33,770 nucleotides of DNA from Deltaproteobacteria bacterium (lineage in GTDB: Bacteria > Desulfobacterota > DSM-4660 > Desulfatiglandales > B25-G16): NCBI GenBank assembly GCA_020349945.1, contig CP070704.1, positions 643,243 through 677,012 of the forward strand, given 5' to 3'. A program made the position numbers and the translations under genes. This document shows positions 19,319 through 28,894 of this stretch, in pieces (positions within the stretch are counted from its first letter, which is position 1; each line of letters begins with the position of its first letter). The notes under the pieces are model-generated. The model saw only the letters and a list, made by a program, of their open reading frames with translations, made no database searches and was not told the DNA's origin.

Positions 19319-19483
19319 TCAGATAATTTTAAGAAGGCGTAAGATAAAAAAAAGGATCCCGACAACCATGCAAAATATGGCACAGATCTGGGCTATCAAG
19401 AATAGGTAAAACAATTTCGTCTTGGCATCACTATCCCCTTGATTAGCCCTGTTGCTTTTGTTTAACTCAAGTCTGATGGTCAT
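19319..19483 (-). CDS. Small hypothetical protein with a C-terminal TM helix (54 aa)
   Basis: ATG at 19483 lies 1 nt after the subunit D stop (TGA-T-ATG). Hydrophilic N-terminus, then LFYLFLIAQICAIFCMVVGILFFIL. Confidence 0.5.
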   Translation of the reverse strand: MTIRLELNKSNRANQGDSDAKTKLFYLFLIAQICAIFCMVVGILFFILRLLKII

Positions 19484-19484
19484 A

Positions 19485-20135
19485 TCATATGCCTTGCTTT
19501 CTTGCCTCAAGGGAGGCCTTGATCTTCTTTAATCGCAAAAAGCTCTCCCTCTCTATCTCCTCCATCCTCATCTCTATATGTTTAATCGTTGCGTTGAGCC
19601 TGGGGATAACAATGTATTCCAGGGCATTAACCCTTCTTTTTGTCTTTTCCGCTTCTAGGGCAATCCTCCTGACAGACTCCTCCACCTCCGCTAGCCTCAC
19701 AATCAGCAAAAGGGACTCCTCAAAGTTTTTCGCGGCATCATCAAGTTTTGCTGTCGTACCCAAAAAGCCGTATCCCCTTTCATTGATCTTCCTGACCACA
19801 TCCTGGATTTTCATAATAGGCAGTGAGACGCCCATTATGTTTTTAGTGGTAAACTCCAGGCCTATATCTCTTAGCGTTACGCCGCTTATCTGTTCTAAAT
19901 CCCGAGATCCCAACAAAACTTCGGCCATTAAAAGGTTGTGAAAGGCAATACCTAAATTTTCCTCTACCCTCATTCGTGCATCCTTATATTCCTTAATCAC
20001 CACCATGAACTCGGAGATCAATGCATCCCTCTTCTCCTTTAAAAGTTTGTGCCCTTTGTCAGCGAGCTTCGCCCTTTTTTTGAGCCTTAATAATTCCATC
20101 CTTGTCGGCTTGATGTTTTGTAGGATCTCTGCCAC
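19485..20135 (-). CDS. ntpD: A/V-type ATP synthase subunit D
   Basis: Motifs KPTRMELL, KGHKLLKEKRDAL, NIMGV and KTKRRVNALEYIVIP; GTG start abuts the subunit B stop. Confidence 0.96.
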   Translation of the reverse strand: MAEILQNIKPTRMELLRLKKRAKLADKGHKLLKEKRDALISEFMVVIKEYKDARMRVEENLGIAFHNLLMAEVLLGSRDLEQISGVTLRDIGLEFTTKNIMGVSLPIMKIQDVVRKINERGYGFLGTTAKLDDAAKNFEESLLLIVRLAEVEESVRRIALEAEKTKRRVNALEYIVIPRLNATIKHIEMRMEEIERESFLRLKKIKASLEARKQGI

Positions 20136-21557
20136 TTACTGTTCTCCTGCCTTGACTTGAGATCCCTTCTTGTAATATTGCTTAATATATTTCTCATCTA
20201 TCCTTTTTAGCTCTCCCGCTGGGAGCATTGAGAGAAGTTCCCACCCCAAATCGAGTGTTTGTTCAATAGTCCTATTTTCATCAGCTCCCTGATTGACAAA
20301 CCTCTCTTCAAAAATATCTGCAAACCTTAAATTGAGGCGATCCCTTTCGCTTAACGCCTCCTCTCCCACAACTGCAACGAGGCTTCTGACATCCCTTCCT
20401 TCAGCATAAGCGGAATAGCATTGGTCAGACACACCCAAATGATCTGCCCTTGTTCTCCCCTCGCCTATGCCTTCATTCATAAGCCTCGACAGACTGGGCA
20501 GAACGTCTACGGGAGGGTAAACTCCCTTTCTGTGCAACTCACGAGAGAGTACAAATTGCCCCTCAGTTATATATCCTGTAAGGTCAGGTACAGGATGTGT
20601 TATATCATCATCTGGCATAGAGAGAATCGGCATCTGAGTGATGGAGCCTTTTTTTCCTCTGATCCTTCCTGCCCTCTCATAATTGCTTGCTAAATCAGTA
20701 TACATATATCCCGGATATCCTCTTCTCCCAGGAACTTCTTCCCTTGCCGATGAAATTTCCCTCAGGGCCTCACAGTAATTCGTCATATCTGTGAGTATAA
20801 CCAATACATGGGTGTTGTAATCAAAGGCGAGAAACTCCGCGGCTGTAAGGGCCATCCTTGGAGTAATAATCCTCTCAATGGCTGGATCATCCGCCAAATT
20901 GATAAAGGAAACGATCCTTTCTAGAGCGCCAGTTGATTCAAAGCTATTCATGAAAAAGTTGGCCTCTTCATGGGTTATCCCCATACCGGCAAAAATTACA
21001 CTAAAAGGCTCCTCTGAACCCAAAACTTTAGCCTGTCTTGCTATCTGGGCAGCAAGTTCATTGTGAGGTAATCCAGAGCCCGAAAAAATTGGAAGCTTTT
21101 GCCCCCTCACTAATGTATTCATTCCATCAATGGTGGATACACCAGTTTGGATAAATTCATTCGGATAGGCCCGTGCTGTCGGATTTATAGCCGCACCTGT
21201 GATTGGCAATCGAGCCTCCGGAATGATCTCAGGACCACCATCAATCGGTCTACCCAAACCATCAAAGGATCTTCCAAGGATCTCCTTGGAAAGTGAGATC
21301 CTCATGATGTCCCCTGAAAATCTGACTCTTGTCTGTTCTGTATCAAGTCCTCTTGTGCCCTCAAAAACTTGGACGACGGCCACATTCTCCTGTGACTCCA
21401 AAACCTGACCCATTCTGTTGCCACCTTCAGGTGTGCGGATATAAACGAGCTCTGCATATGCCACCTCCTCCACGCCTTCGACAATCATCAGAGGCCCTGC
21501 AACCTGCGTAACCGACCTGTACTCCCTTGCTTTTATATCCTTGGCCTTCTCCTTCAT
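20136..21557 (-). CDS. ntpB: A/V-type ATP synthase subunit B
   Basis: Motifs [35 protein letters not shown] and [15 protein letters not shown]. Confidence 0.97.
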   Translation of the reverse strand: MKEKAKDIKAREYRSVTQVAGPLMIVEGVEEVAYAELVYIRTPEGGNRMGQVLESQENVAVVQVFEGTRGLDTEQTRVRFSGDIMRISLSKEILGRSFDGLGRPIDGGPEIIPEARLPITGAAINPTARAYPNEFIQTGVSTIDGMNTLVRGQKLPIFSGSGLPHNELAAQIARQAKVLGSEEPFSVIFAGMGITHEEANFFMNSFESTGALERIVSFINLADDPAIERIITPRMALTAAEFLAFDYNTHVLVILTDMTNYCEALREISSAREEVPGRRGYPGYMYTDLASNYERAGRIRGKKGSITQMPILSMPDDDITHPVPDLTGYITEGQFVLSRELHRKGVYPPVDVLPSLSRLMNEGIGEGRTRADHLGVSDQCYSAYAEGRDVRSLVAVVGEEALSERDRLNLRFADIFEERFVNQGADENRTIEQTLDLGWELLSMLPAGELKRIDEKYIKQYYKKGSQVKAGEQ

Positions 21558-23323
21558 CTTTGATTCCTCAAAGATTCAAACTCACCCGCGATAGACTTGA
21601 TTACCTTCTCATATCTCCGTGGAAAATCTGGGTTTGGTATATACTTCATTCGAGCTATCTCATCCTTGATCTTCATTGCTGTTATCCTGCTCGCCACTAT
21701 GCCTGACTCAATTGCCCCTTTGACCTCTTGATAAAACCTCATAATCACCTTGAGCATTAGATATTGCTTCTCTTTAGAGCAATAGGAATCTATTTCGTGA
21801 TAGGCATGTTGCTGAAGATAATCTTCTCTAATCATCCTTGCCACCTCCAAAAGGGCCCTATCTGATTCCGGCAATGCGTCCTGACCAACCAACTGGACAA
21901 TCTCTTGTAGCTCGGCCTCTTTCTCCAGAACAGCCATCATTTCTCCCCTTAGGGTTTGAAATTCCCTGTCTATGTTCTTATCATACCAGGGTTTCACAAA
22001 ATCCAGATAGAGTGAATAACTCGTCAACCAGTTGATGGCAGGAAAATGCCTCCGGTCTGCTAGGTTTGTGTCTAATGCCCAGAATGCACTAACCACCCTC
22101 AAGGTATTTTGCGCAACCGGTTCAGAGAAATCACCTCCAGGAGGAGATACCGCTCCAATAATCGAAACTGATCCAAATCTCTTTTCTCCCCCCAAGGTCA
22201 CTACCCTTCCTGCCCTTTCATAGAAGTCAGCGAGCCTGGTGCCCAAATAGGCCGGAAACCCCTCCTCGCCTGGCATCTCCTCCAGCCTTCCTGAAATCTC
22301 TCTCAATGCCTCAGCCCACCGTGACGTTGAGTCAGCCATCAAGGCTACATTATATCCCATGTCCCTGTAGTACTCGGCAATGGTAACCCCTGTGTAGATA
22401 GAGGCCTCCCTTGCTGCCACTGGCATGTTGGAGGTGTTGGCAATCAACGTGGATCTCTCCATCAGCTTTTCCCCGGTGTTTGGATCGTCCAACTCTGGAA
22501 AGGTCAGCAAGACCTCTGTCATTTCGTTTCCTCTTTCTCCACAGCCAACGTAGACGACAACCTGTGAATCGGCCCACTTTGCCAACTGATGTTGGCTAAC
22601 AGTTTTACCAGTTCCAAAGCCTCCAGGAATAGCGGCTGTGCCGCCTTTGGCTATAGGGAAAAAAGTATCATAAATCCTCTGACCAGTTAGTAGTGGCACC
22701 TCTGGGTCGAGCTTTTCTTTAAAGTGCCTTCCTACCCTTACCGGCCACTTTTGTTTCATTGTTATTGCTTGTCTCTCTCCTCTATCATCAAGGATAGCCA
22801 TAGGCTCATCAACCGTAAAACTTCCACTTTTAATCTCTATTACCCTTCCATGTATGCCTGGCGGGACCATTATCTTATGCGATATCACCTTTGATTCCTG
22901 AACCTCTCCTATAATATCTCCCTCTACAAGCCTATCACCTCTTTTGACTGTTGGTGTGAAGTCCCACTTTTTTTCAGGATCCAGGCCGGGAACATTAACC
23001 CCCCTGGTTATATAATCCCCAACCTGGTTCTTGATGCCAAGCAAGGGCCGCTGTATTCCATCATAGAAGTTGGTAATAATTCCCGGACCAAGTTCCACTG
23101 ATAGGGGAGCACCTGTTCTTGCGACCTCTTCCCCTGGTTTAAGGCCAGTAGTATCCTCGTAAACCTGGATATAGGCCAAATCCTCTATGAGCTTTATTGT
23201 TTCTCCCATCAGGCCTTCCTGGCCCACCCTGACAACCTCGTACATCTCGCAACCTCTCATGTCTTTAGCGATTACCAGTGGACCAGCAATACTCTTGATC
23301 TTTCCTATCTTATGATCTGCCAT
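21554..23323 (-). CDS. ntpA: A/V-type ATP synthase catalytic subunit A (589 aa)
   Basis: Start reassigned to ATG 23323 ([15 protein letters not shown]), which has an AAGGAAG RBS and removes the overlap with subunit F. P-loop [29 protein letters not shown] and [10 protein letters not shown]; non-homologous region present. Confidence 0.97.
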   Translation of the reverse strand: MADHKIGKIKSIAGPLVIAKDMRGCEMYEVVRVGQEGLMGETIKLIEDLAYIQVYEDTTGLKPGEEVARTGAPLSVELGPGIITNFYDGIQRPLLGIKNQVGDYITRGVNVPGLDPEKKWDFTPTVKRGDRLVEGDIIGEVQESKVISHKIMVPPGIHGRVIEIKSGSFTVDEPMAILDDRGERQAITMKQKWPVRVGRHFKEKLDPEVPLLTGQRIYDTFFPIAKGGTAAIPGGFGTGKTVSQHQLAKWADSQVVVYVGCGERGNEMTEVLLTFPELDDPNTGEKLMERSTLIANTSNMPVAAREASIYTGVTIAEYYRDMGYNVALMADSTSRWAEALREISGRLEEMPGEEGFPAYLGTRLADFYERAGRVVTLGGEKRFGSVSIIGAVSPPGGDFSEPVAQNTLRVVSAFWALDTNLADRRHFPAINWLTSYSLYLDFVKPWYDKNIDREFQTLRGEMMAVLEKEAELQEIVQLVGQDALPESDRALLEVARMIREDYLQQHAYHEIDSYCSKEKQYLMLKVIMRFYQEVKGAIESGIVASRITAMKIKDEIARMKYIPNPDFPRRYEKVIKSIAGEFESLRNQR

Positions 23324-23333
23324 TTCTTCCTTG

Positions 23334-23657
23334 CTATGCCGTCTCGAATCCGACAGTCCTTTTAATAAGCTTCCGCATGGAGTCGATCTTTTTGACCATG
23401 GGACCACTGCTATCCGGGATCTCCACAACTATAGGCATTATGCCCTTCCTAAATCTACTCACCTCTTCTAATATACTCCTTATCTGCTCAGCTACCTTTT
23501 CGGTAACCAATATTATGCCGATACCCTCGTCAAATAGGCCCTTCAGTATCCCTCTGACATCTTCCTGCCTGATATCCTCCATCAGCAAGGTTCTCCTTAT
23601 ACCTGCGAGCCTAAAGCCATAGACTGTATGCCTGTCTCCGATTAAGGCGATTTCCAT
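23334..23657 (-). CDS. ntpF: A/V-type ATP synthase subunit F
   Basis: Motifs [32 protein letters not shown] and IKRTVG. Confidence 0.93.
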   Translation of the reverse strand: MEIALIGDRHTVYGFRLAGIRRTLLMEDIRQEDVRGILKGLFDEGIGIILVTEKVAEQIRSILEEVSRFRKGIMPIVVEIPDSSGPMVKKIDSMRKLIKRTVGFETA

Positions 23658-24697
23658 CAGTTCCTAATGAGTGATTCTCTGATTTCATCCCTATTCAGAG
23701 CAACCTCGGTGCTCCTAACAATGGCCAAAAGATTCCCTACCTCTTTCTCCTTTGACACAAGAAACCCAATAAGAGGCCCTAGGCCGAACGGCTTCTTTTT
23801 CCTAATGTCTTCTGCCTTTCTAACCACCATATTATCGAGGGCCTGTTCAAAGGATAAAATAGAACTGGTTCTTTCATGCTCAGCCAGAGCACGTAAAAGA
23901 GGTTCAAGATATATGGTATCTTCCAGAAGGGATATGAGGCCGGGCAGATCCTCTTCGTCAAAAGCGGGAAGCAGTTCATTCAACAATGTGCACTCATGGA
24001 TCAAAAAGGGCTCGATATCCTCTAAGGGGAGGCCGTTATCTTTTGCCCTCAGAATAATCTTAAGGTTATGCGTTTCAACACTTGTCCCTATAAAATCTCC
24101 GAATTCCTTCATGCCCTTTAGGTTCAAGACCTTTATCCATAGATCTTCCCAGAGAATCTTATCCAACGCAGCCTCTAAAAAAAATAGGTTTTTAGCCACA
24201 TGATATCTTGCCACACCATCCTTTAAAGACTGGTAAGGGGTTTTTGCCAAGAGGCCAACAAAGCTATCCATGCCCTCTGCATCAGTGAGGGCCCTAAAAA
24301 ACATAAAGTCTAACTCACCTCCCTCAACAAAGGAATCTAGTATTTCTTCTTTCCTTAAACCTCCCTGTATCCCCCTCATAACCGTTCTCAAATTGATAAC
24401 ATCCCACTTTCTCAAGAGGTATTCCTTTATCAACCATGCCCCTTTAGGAATAATCTTGGAGATCTCCCTCCCTAACGAGGAGAATTCCTTTAGAATGGCA
24501 TTCTCTAATTCCCTGGCCTCACTAATTGCCCTTTCTGATAAATAAGGGAAATAATCTGTTCCCTCTAAAAGTGAGGCTATCTCTCCAGGAGATTTACATC
24601 CCCATAGATCCTCCCACCTCGCTGGAGAAATAAACTTGCCCTCTTTTGCCATTACTTTTGCATTAACATACAGATATGAAAGAGCATCTCGAATCAT
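23657..24697 (-). CDS. ntpC: A/V-type ATP synthase subunit C (d)
   Basis: Motifs YVNAKV, LEGTDY, WDVINLRTVMR, NLKIILRAK and KEKEVGNL; 346 aa, between E and F. Confidence 0.9.
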   Translation of the reverse strand: MIRDALSYLYVNAKVMAKEGKFISPARWEDLWGCKSPGEIASLLEGTDYFPYLSERAISEARELENAILKEFSSLGREISKIIPKGAWLIKEYLLRKWDVINLRTVMRGIQGGLRKEEILDSFVEGGELDFMFFRALTDAEGMDSFVGLLAKTPYQSLKDGVARYHVAKNLFFLEAALDKILWEDLWIKVLNLKGMKEFGDFIGTSVETHNLKIILRAKDNGLPLEDIEPFLIHECTLLNELLPAFDEEDLPGLISLLEDTIYLEPLLRALAEHERTSSILSFEQALDNMVVRKAEDIRKKKPFGLGPLIGFLVSKEKEVGNLLAIVRSTEVALNRDEIRESLIRN

Positions 24698-25344
24698 AGC
24701 CTATCGCCAAAGAGGATCTTAGCCACATCTACCCTTATGCTCTCTTTCAGCCGGTTCAATTTAGCCTCAAGGGTGTTGTCAACCTCCACCTGCTTCTCCA
24801 AATCCCTCACAACTACGCCTCCGAGGCACTTTATGGTCTTATCAGTTCTGGTCAAAGAGATGTCTCTCCCTGTCCTTTTCTTGACAAATGTAGTTAATTC
24901 TCCCAACATACGCTTGTTGAAGGTTCTGCTGTCCCTCTGGTTAAAGGCCAACTCCAGTTTGCTTCCGGCAACAACCTCAGAGGCAGAACCAATCAGGTTA
25001 AACATTATATTCTTATATACAAAACTATCCCGCTTCCCCTTCTCGGCTAACTCTCCTAAGGCCTTTTTGGCCCCCTCAAATGAAGCAGCAATTGCTTCTT
25101 CCTGGGCATCCATCCTCTTTCTTCGAACATCAAGTTTGGTTTCGGCAATGATTCTTTCTCCCTCAAGCGATGCGGCTCTCCTGCCATTTGAGAGAATTCT
25201 CTCAGTCTGCCTCTCTGCTTTCTCCTGAGCAGCCTTCCTGATCTTACCGGCCTCTTCTTGGGCCTTAAGAAGTATCTCAGATATCTCCTTCTCGGCCTCG
25301 GCCTCTATATGGGATATTATTTTATCAACACCTTCATCTGACAT
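24694..25344 (-). CDS. ntpE: A/V-type ATP synthase subunit E
   Basis: N-terminal helical stalk (DKIISHIEAEAEKE) and C-terminal LGGVVV...VDNTLEAKL...AKILF. Confidence 0.92.
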   Translation of the reverse strand: MSDEGVDKIISHIEAEAEKEISEILLKAQEEAGKIRKAAQEKAERQTERILSNGRRAASLEGERIIAETKLDVRRKRMDAQEEAIAASFEGAKKALGELAEKGKRDSFVYKNIMFNLIGSASEVVAGSKLELAFNQRDSRTFNKRMLGELTTFVKKRTGRDISLTRTDKTIKCLGGVVVRDLEKQVEVDNTLEAKLNRLKESIRVDVAKILFGDRL

Positions 25345-25391
25345 AATTGCCCTCTATTAAACAGAAAAGCACCCCGGCATACGTATTCTAT

Positions 25392-25877
25392 TTATCCGCC
25401 CATAATCTTGGATCCTACAAAGATCAGGATAGCTATCAGGAGACCAAAAATAGCAAAGGTCTCTGCCATGACAGCAAGGACAACTGCCTGACCAAAGGTT
25501 TCTGGCCTTTTCGCTACAGCACCCATGCCACTGGCAGATATAGCGCCCTGGGCTATTGCCGTAAAACTACTTAAACCGACAACGATCCCTCCTCCAAGGG
25601 CGGCGTAACCCATCCCAATAGGGATCTCCTTGATCTCTCCGCCAAGTACACCCACCCCTATAAGAATCAAAACAGCACCCAGGAAACCATAAATTCCCTG
25701 TGTTTGCGGTAAGGCCTGGAGAACTAATACAGGCCCAAACTTTCTCGGATCCTCTGATATAACACCGGCCCCTGCAACACCAGCCAAACCAACTCCGATG
25801 CCGGAGGCAATGGCAGCCAAACCCATAGAAACTGCTGCCCCCATAATTGCTAAAATTACTCCCATCGATAATTCCAT
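25392..25877 (-). CDS. ntpK: A/V-type ATP synthase subunit K (c), duplicated 4-TM proteolipid, Na+-type
   Basis: Two hairpins: LQALPQTQGIYGFL (no Glu) and MAETFAIFGLL (Glu139). Gln110 present. Strong GAGGGAGG RBS. Confidence 0.95.
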   Translation of the reverse strand: MELSMGVILAIMGAAVSMGLAAIASGIGVGLAGVAGAGVISEDPRKFGPVLVLQALPQTQGIYGFLGAVLILIGVGVLGGEIKEIPIGMGYAALGGGIVVGLSSFTAIAQGAISASGMGAVAKRPETFGQAVVLAVMAETFAIFGLLIAILIFVGSKIMGG

Positions 25878-25896
25878 AACAATACCTCCCTCTTAT

Positions 25897-26066
25897 TACT
25901 ACAACGGCATTCCTTAAATGCTGTGCTGGGGATGTCTTCACAAGGCGATCCACCCATGGCGGGCCATATTCCTCGTGGTTACGAGGAAGGAAGAGAAAAT
26001 TGGTCGAATCACCTCAAAGTGGCTTACTTAGTGAGCTGTCATAAAGATAAAAATCCCGCTGTAGTA
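25897..26066 (-). other. Candidate structured RNA filling the subunit I - subunit K spacer
   Basis: 11-bp closing stem 26056-26066 / 25897-25907 (one G-U in mRNA sense) and an internal perfect 8-bp hairpin at 25969-25988. Confidence 0.5.
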
Positions 26067-28013
26067 TTATTTAATCTCTACAATTCCAACCTTCATCTCA
26101 AGGGGTGTGAACTGTGTTCCCCCACTTTCATAAAATTTTGTAAAAAACTCTACATAATGCAATCTAAGTCCATGAACAAAGCTGCTCATGGCGTTAATGA
26201 CAAAATTGAACAGGTGCCCGATAAAAAAGACAATAACCGCGAGGATTACCCCTATTGAACCAACCATGTAAAGCATGCCGGAGAGTACATTAACTGTCAT
26301 TGCTATTCCTGTTGTACACAACCCCAAGGCCATTAGCCTGGCATAGGAGAGGATATCCCCCATAAATCCAGTTACTTTAAACATGGCCATGGCCTTATGT
26401 CCCATTAAAAGTAATATGAGGGACGCCACTATAAATATTAGGCCTACTGACTTGTAGCCGACTAAAAATAAAAAAAGGCCCGGCTGGACAAATAGGAACC
26501 AGAGGTTTTCACTAACGGCCTTCCATCTCTGTCGCCTTTTAAGATTATCCAAAACATTAATCACTACACCGGTGTTTACATGGAGGAGACCAATAATTAA
26601 GGCAATTAACAAAAAGGCAGTAACATGAACCATAGGATCAAATACCTGCATACCTGCCAATACCGATAACTTGCGCCCAAAGCCACCAAACCATCCCCCA
26701 GAAAGTGCGCCTATAATAATTGTAGTAACTCCTGCTGATGAAAGGATGATTCCTCCATCCCTTATTGTCTGATTATATCTTCCTCCCCCGCGTATTATTG
26801 ATAGACCCAAAAAAAGGGCTATTACCCCATACAGTGCATCGGTTAACATGATTGAAAAAAACAGGAGGAAACCCGGAACTAAAAATAGGGTTGGATCTAC
26901 GCCATTATAGGCCGGCAACCCATAAAGGCGCGTTAACAGCTCAAAACTCCTGACGAACCGAGGGTTTTTTAGCTGTACTGGCACATTATCCCTCTCCTCT
27001 GGATCCGACAGCTCAACCACACATGCCTCCCGGCAGACCTCTCTTATCTCCTGAGCAGCTCTTGCAGCTGAGTGTCTCGGAACCCAACCCTCAATAGCCA
27101 CAACATGTTGCATCTTTGCAAGCTTATTCTGGCTTTCTTCTCTCTGTTTCTCAATCATTAACAATTCCTGGTACTTTTGAACCTCATCCCGCCATCTCTT
27201 AGCTATATCAACCAGGGTCGCCTCTGTTCTTATCTTCTCCTCGTTTAATGCCATCAATCTTTTAGTAATGGAATCTATTGCCTCTTTTGGTTTTCCTTGC
27301 TGGCCCTCTATTTCAACCCTTTCCCAATTCATTCGGCGAAGATTAGCTAATACCAGCGAGGCTTGTTCTTTAAGGCAGATTACTATTGTTACTAACTTGT
27401 TCCCAGATGCATCCCTTGCCTCGAGGTAGAAGCTATCATCAGTCAAATCCCTTAAGCTCTCCGTTATATTTTCTATCTGCTCCTTTGGTACAATACCTAA
27501 AAATACAGATAAAAAATCTGAATCTCCAATATCTGCTAGATCTATCTCTAAGGGTGAAATCAGGTCCAATAATCCGCTAACCCTCTCTAATTCTAAAGTC
27601 TCTTCTTCAATCTTCTCTATCTCGCTAACAGGTCCTTCTACCTCTTCTTTGATCTTTTCTATAATCTCGTCAACGCTATCGGCAAGCTCCCTACCGTAGA
27701 TCTCTCTGGTTTCAAGCTTTTTCGGCGGCAGCGGGGCAAAAATTCCCTTTATAAAACCCTCCTTTGGTTCAGGTTCATAGCGCTCAAAAAGATCTAGAAA
27801 GCGATTTACCGTGATATTTTGTGCAGCTATGTTTCTGATATTTGGTGAGAAAGGGTGAGGTCTTAGCAGGTTGTTCCAATGAGGGTCAGCGAGTTTTTCA
27901 GAATAATCATTAAGATGGATAGTACCGAGCTCCTGCAGCCTTTTAATTGTTTCATATCTATAGCCCTCTAATACGAGTATTTCTATCCTCTTCATCCGGG
28001 CTGGTCTTAGCAT
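26067..28013 (-). CDS. ntpI: A/V-type ATP synthase subunit I (a)
   Basis: MLRPARMK N-terminus, IEGWVP, YGLPAYNGVDPT, essential Arg in DILSYARLMALGL, and HGLRLHYVEFF. Confidence 0.96.
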   Translation of the reverse strand: MLRPARMKRIEILVLEGYRYETIKRLQELGTIHLNDYSEKLADPHWNNLLRPHPFSPNIRNIAAQNITVNRFLDLFERYEPEPKEGFIKGIFAPLPPKKLETREIYGRELADSVDEIIEKIKEEVEGPVSEIEKIEEETLELERVSGLLDLISPLEIDLADIGDSDFLSVFLGIVPKEQIENITESLRDLTDDSFYLEARDASGNKLVTIVICLKEQASLVLANLRRMNWERVEIEGQQGKPKEAIDSITKRLMALNEEKIRTEATLVDIAKRWRDEVQKYQELLMIEKQREESQNKLAKMQHVVAIEGWVPRHSAARAAQEIREVCREACVVELSDPEERDNVPVQLKNPRFVRSFELLTRLYGLPAYNGVDPTLFLVPGFLLFFSIMLTDALYGVIALFLGLSIIRGGGRYNQTIRDGGIILSSAGVTTIIIGALSGGWFGGFGRKLSVLAGMQVFDPMVHVTAFLLIALIIGLLHVNTGVVINVLDNLKRRQRWKAVSENLWFLFVQPGLFLFLVGYKSVGLIFIVASLILLLMGHKAMAMFKVTGFMGDILSYARLMALGLCTTGIAMTVNVLSGMLYMVGSIGVILAVIVFFIGHLFNFVINAMSSFVHGLRLHYVEFFTKFYESGGTQFTPLEMKVGIVEIK

Positions 28014-28017
28014 AATC

Positions 28018-28329
28018 TCAACTCAATAATGAACGCAAAATGAATTTCTTAGCCTTCCCTAGGTTCTTTTGGGCCTCTTTCCTAAGTTGCTCGATTTCCC
28101 TTTTCCATTCACTGGCTATATCCTGGCACACCTTCCTTGCCTCATCTCCAGCATCTTCCCTCATTCTCTCTGCTTGCCTTTGCGCATCTCTCATCCTTTC
28201 CACCAACAATTTCTCTGCTTGTGCCCTCGCTGTCTCAGCTACCGCAATGGCCTCCCCTTTGGCCTTCTCTATCCTCTCTTTTGCCTCAGTCTCTGCCTTC
28301 TTTATCCTCTGTAACGATTCTAGGATCAA
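28018..28329 (-). CDS. A/V-type ATP synthase peripheral stalk subunit H (G)
   Basis: Ala/Glu/Lys-rich helix of about 103 aa (LQRIKKAETEAKERIEKAK), first gene before subunit I. TTG at 28329 is preferred because it has a GAGGT RBS; the ORF track gives 28341. Confidence 0.85.
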   Translation of the reverse strand: MILESLQRIKKAETEAKERIEKAKGEAIAVAETARAQAEKLLVERMRDAQRQAERMREDAGDEARKVCQDIASEWKREIEQLRKEAQKNLGKAKKFILRSLLS

Positions 28330-28377
28330 CCTAAACCTCAATCGCGTGCCAAGATCTTACTAAGAGAAAAATGGTCG

Positions 28378-28779
28378 TTATTTCAAAACGGAAAGGCCTT
28401 CCGTTTTCGTTGGAGATACGGCAAGATCCTTCTCTATCTCCTCTCCCAGATCTTGCATCTTGCAACTTCCCTCAAAGATAACCCCTTCCTTAATAACCAA
28501 TTTTGGGGTTTGAATATTGCCTATAAGTTTGCCTGGGACATTAATCTCGATCTTCTTTTCTGCAAATATATCCCCCTGAACCTCCCCGCTTATTATCATA
28601 TCAGCAACATGTATCTGGGATTTTATAATTGCACTTTCCCCTACTATCAAGGTTCCACTAGAAAAGATTTCGCCAGAAAACTTTCCATCGATCCTGACAG
28701 CTCCAGTGAAGGAAAGCTTGCCCTCAAATTCTGTGTCCTTGCCTAAAAAGGCGTTTATCTCATCCTTTGGTTTCTTCAT
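28378..28779 (-). CDS. Bactofilin (polymer-forming cytoskeletal protein)
   Basis: Beta-helix pattern FEGKLSF..AVRIDGKFSGEI..LIVG..GEVQGDI..GNIQTPKLVIKEGVIFEGSCKM; AAAGGAGG RBS. Confidence 0.92.
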   Translation of the reverse strand: MKKPKDEINAFLGKDTEFEGKLSFTGAVRIDGKFSGEIFSSGTLIVGESAIIKSQIHVADMIISGEVQGDIFAEKKIEINVPGKLIGNIQTPKLVIKEGVIFEGSCKMQDLGEEIEKDLAVSPTKTEGLSVLK

Positions 28780-28894
28780 CGGTTGATACCTCCTTTAAAT
28801 ATCCGCCCGCGGCTTAATAGCACGGCCCTCTCAGTGATGGCAAGAAAAATTATAGCCATCAGATGACCTTCGAAAATCTCAGCCTTGCCTAATA

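Noticed and set aside
21554-23323. Intein in subunit A, as in some archaeal and yeast homologs
   Set aside because: The P-loop and downstream motifs are contiguous, and 589 aa leaves no room for an insertion.
23324-23428. N-terminal 35-aa extension of subunit A in the ORF track
   Set aside because: It overlaps subunit F in another frame and is not A-like. ATG 23323 has an RBS and gives the normal length.
28337-28353. Sigma54-like TTGGCACG upstream of subunit H
   Set aside because: Minus strand TGGCACGCGATTGAG lacks the GC at -12 with the required GG-N10-GC spacing.
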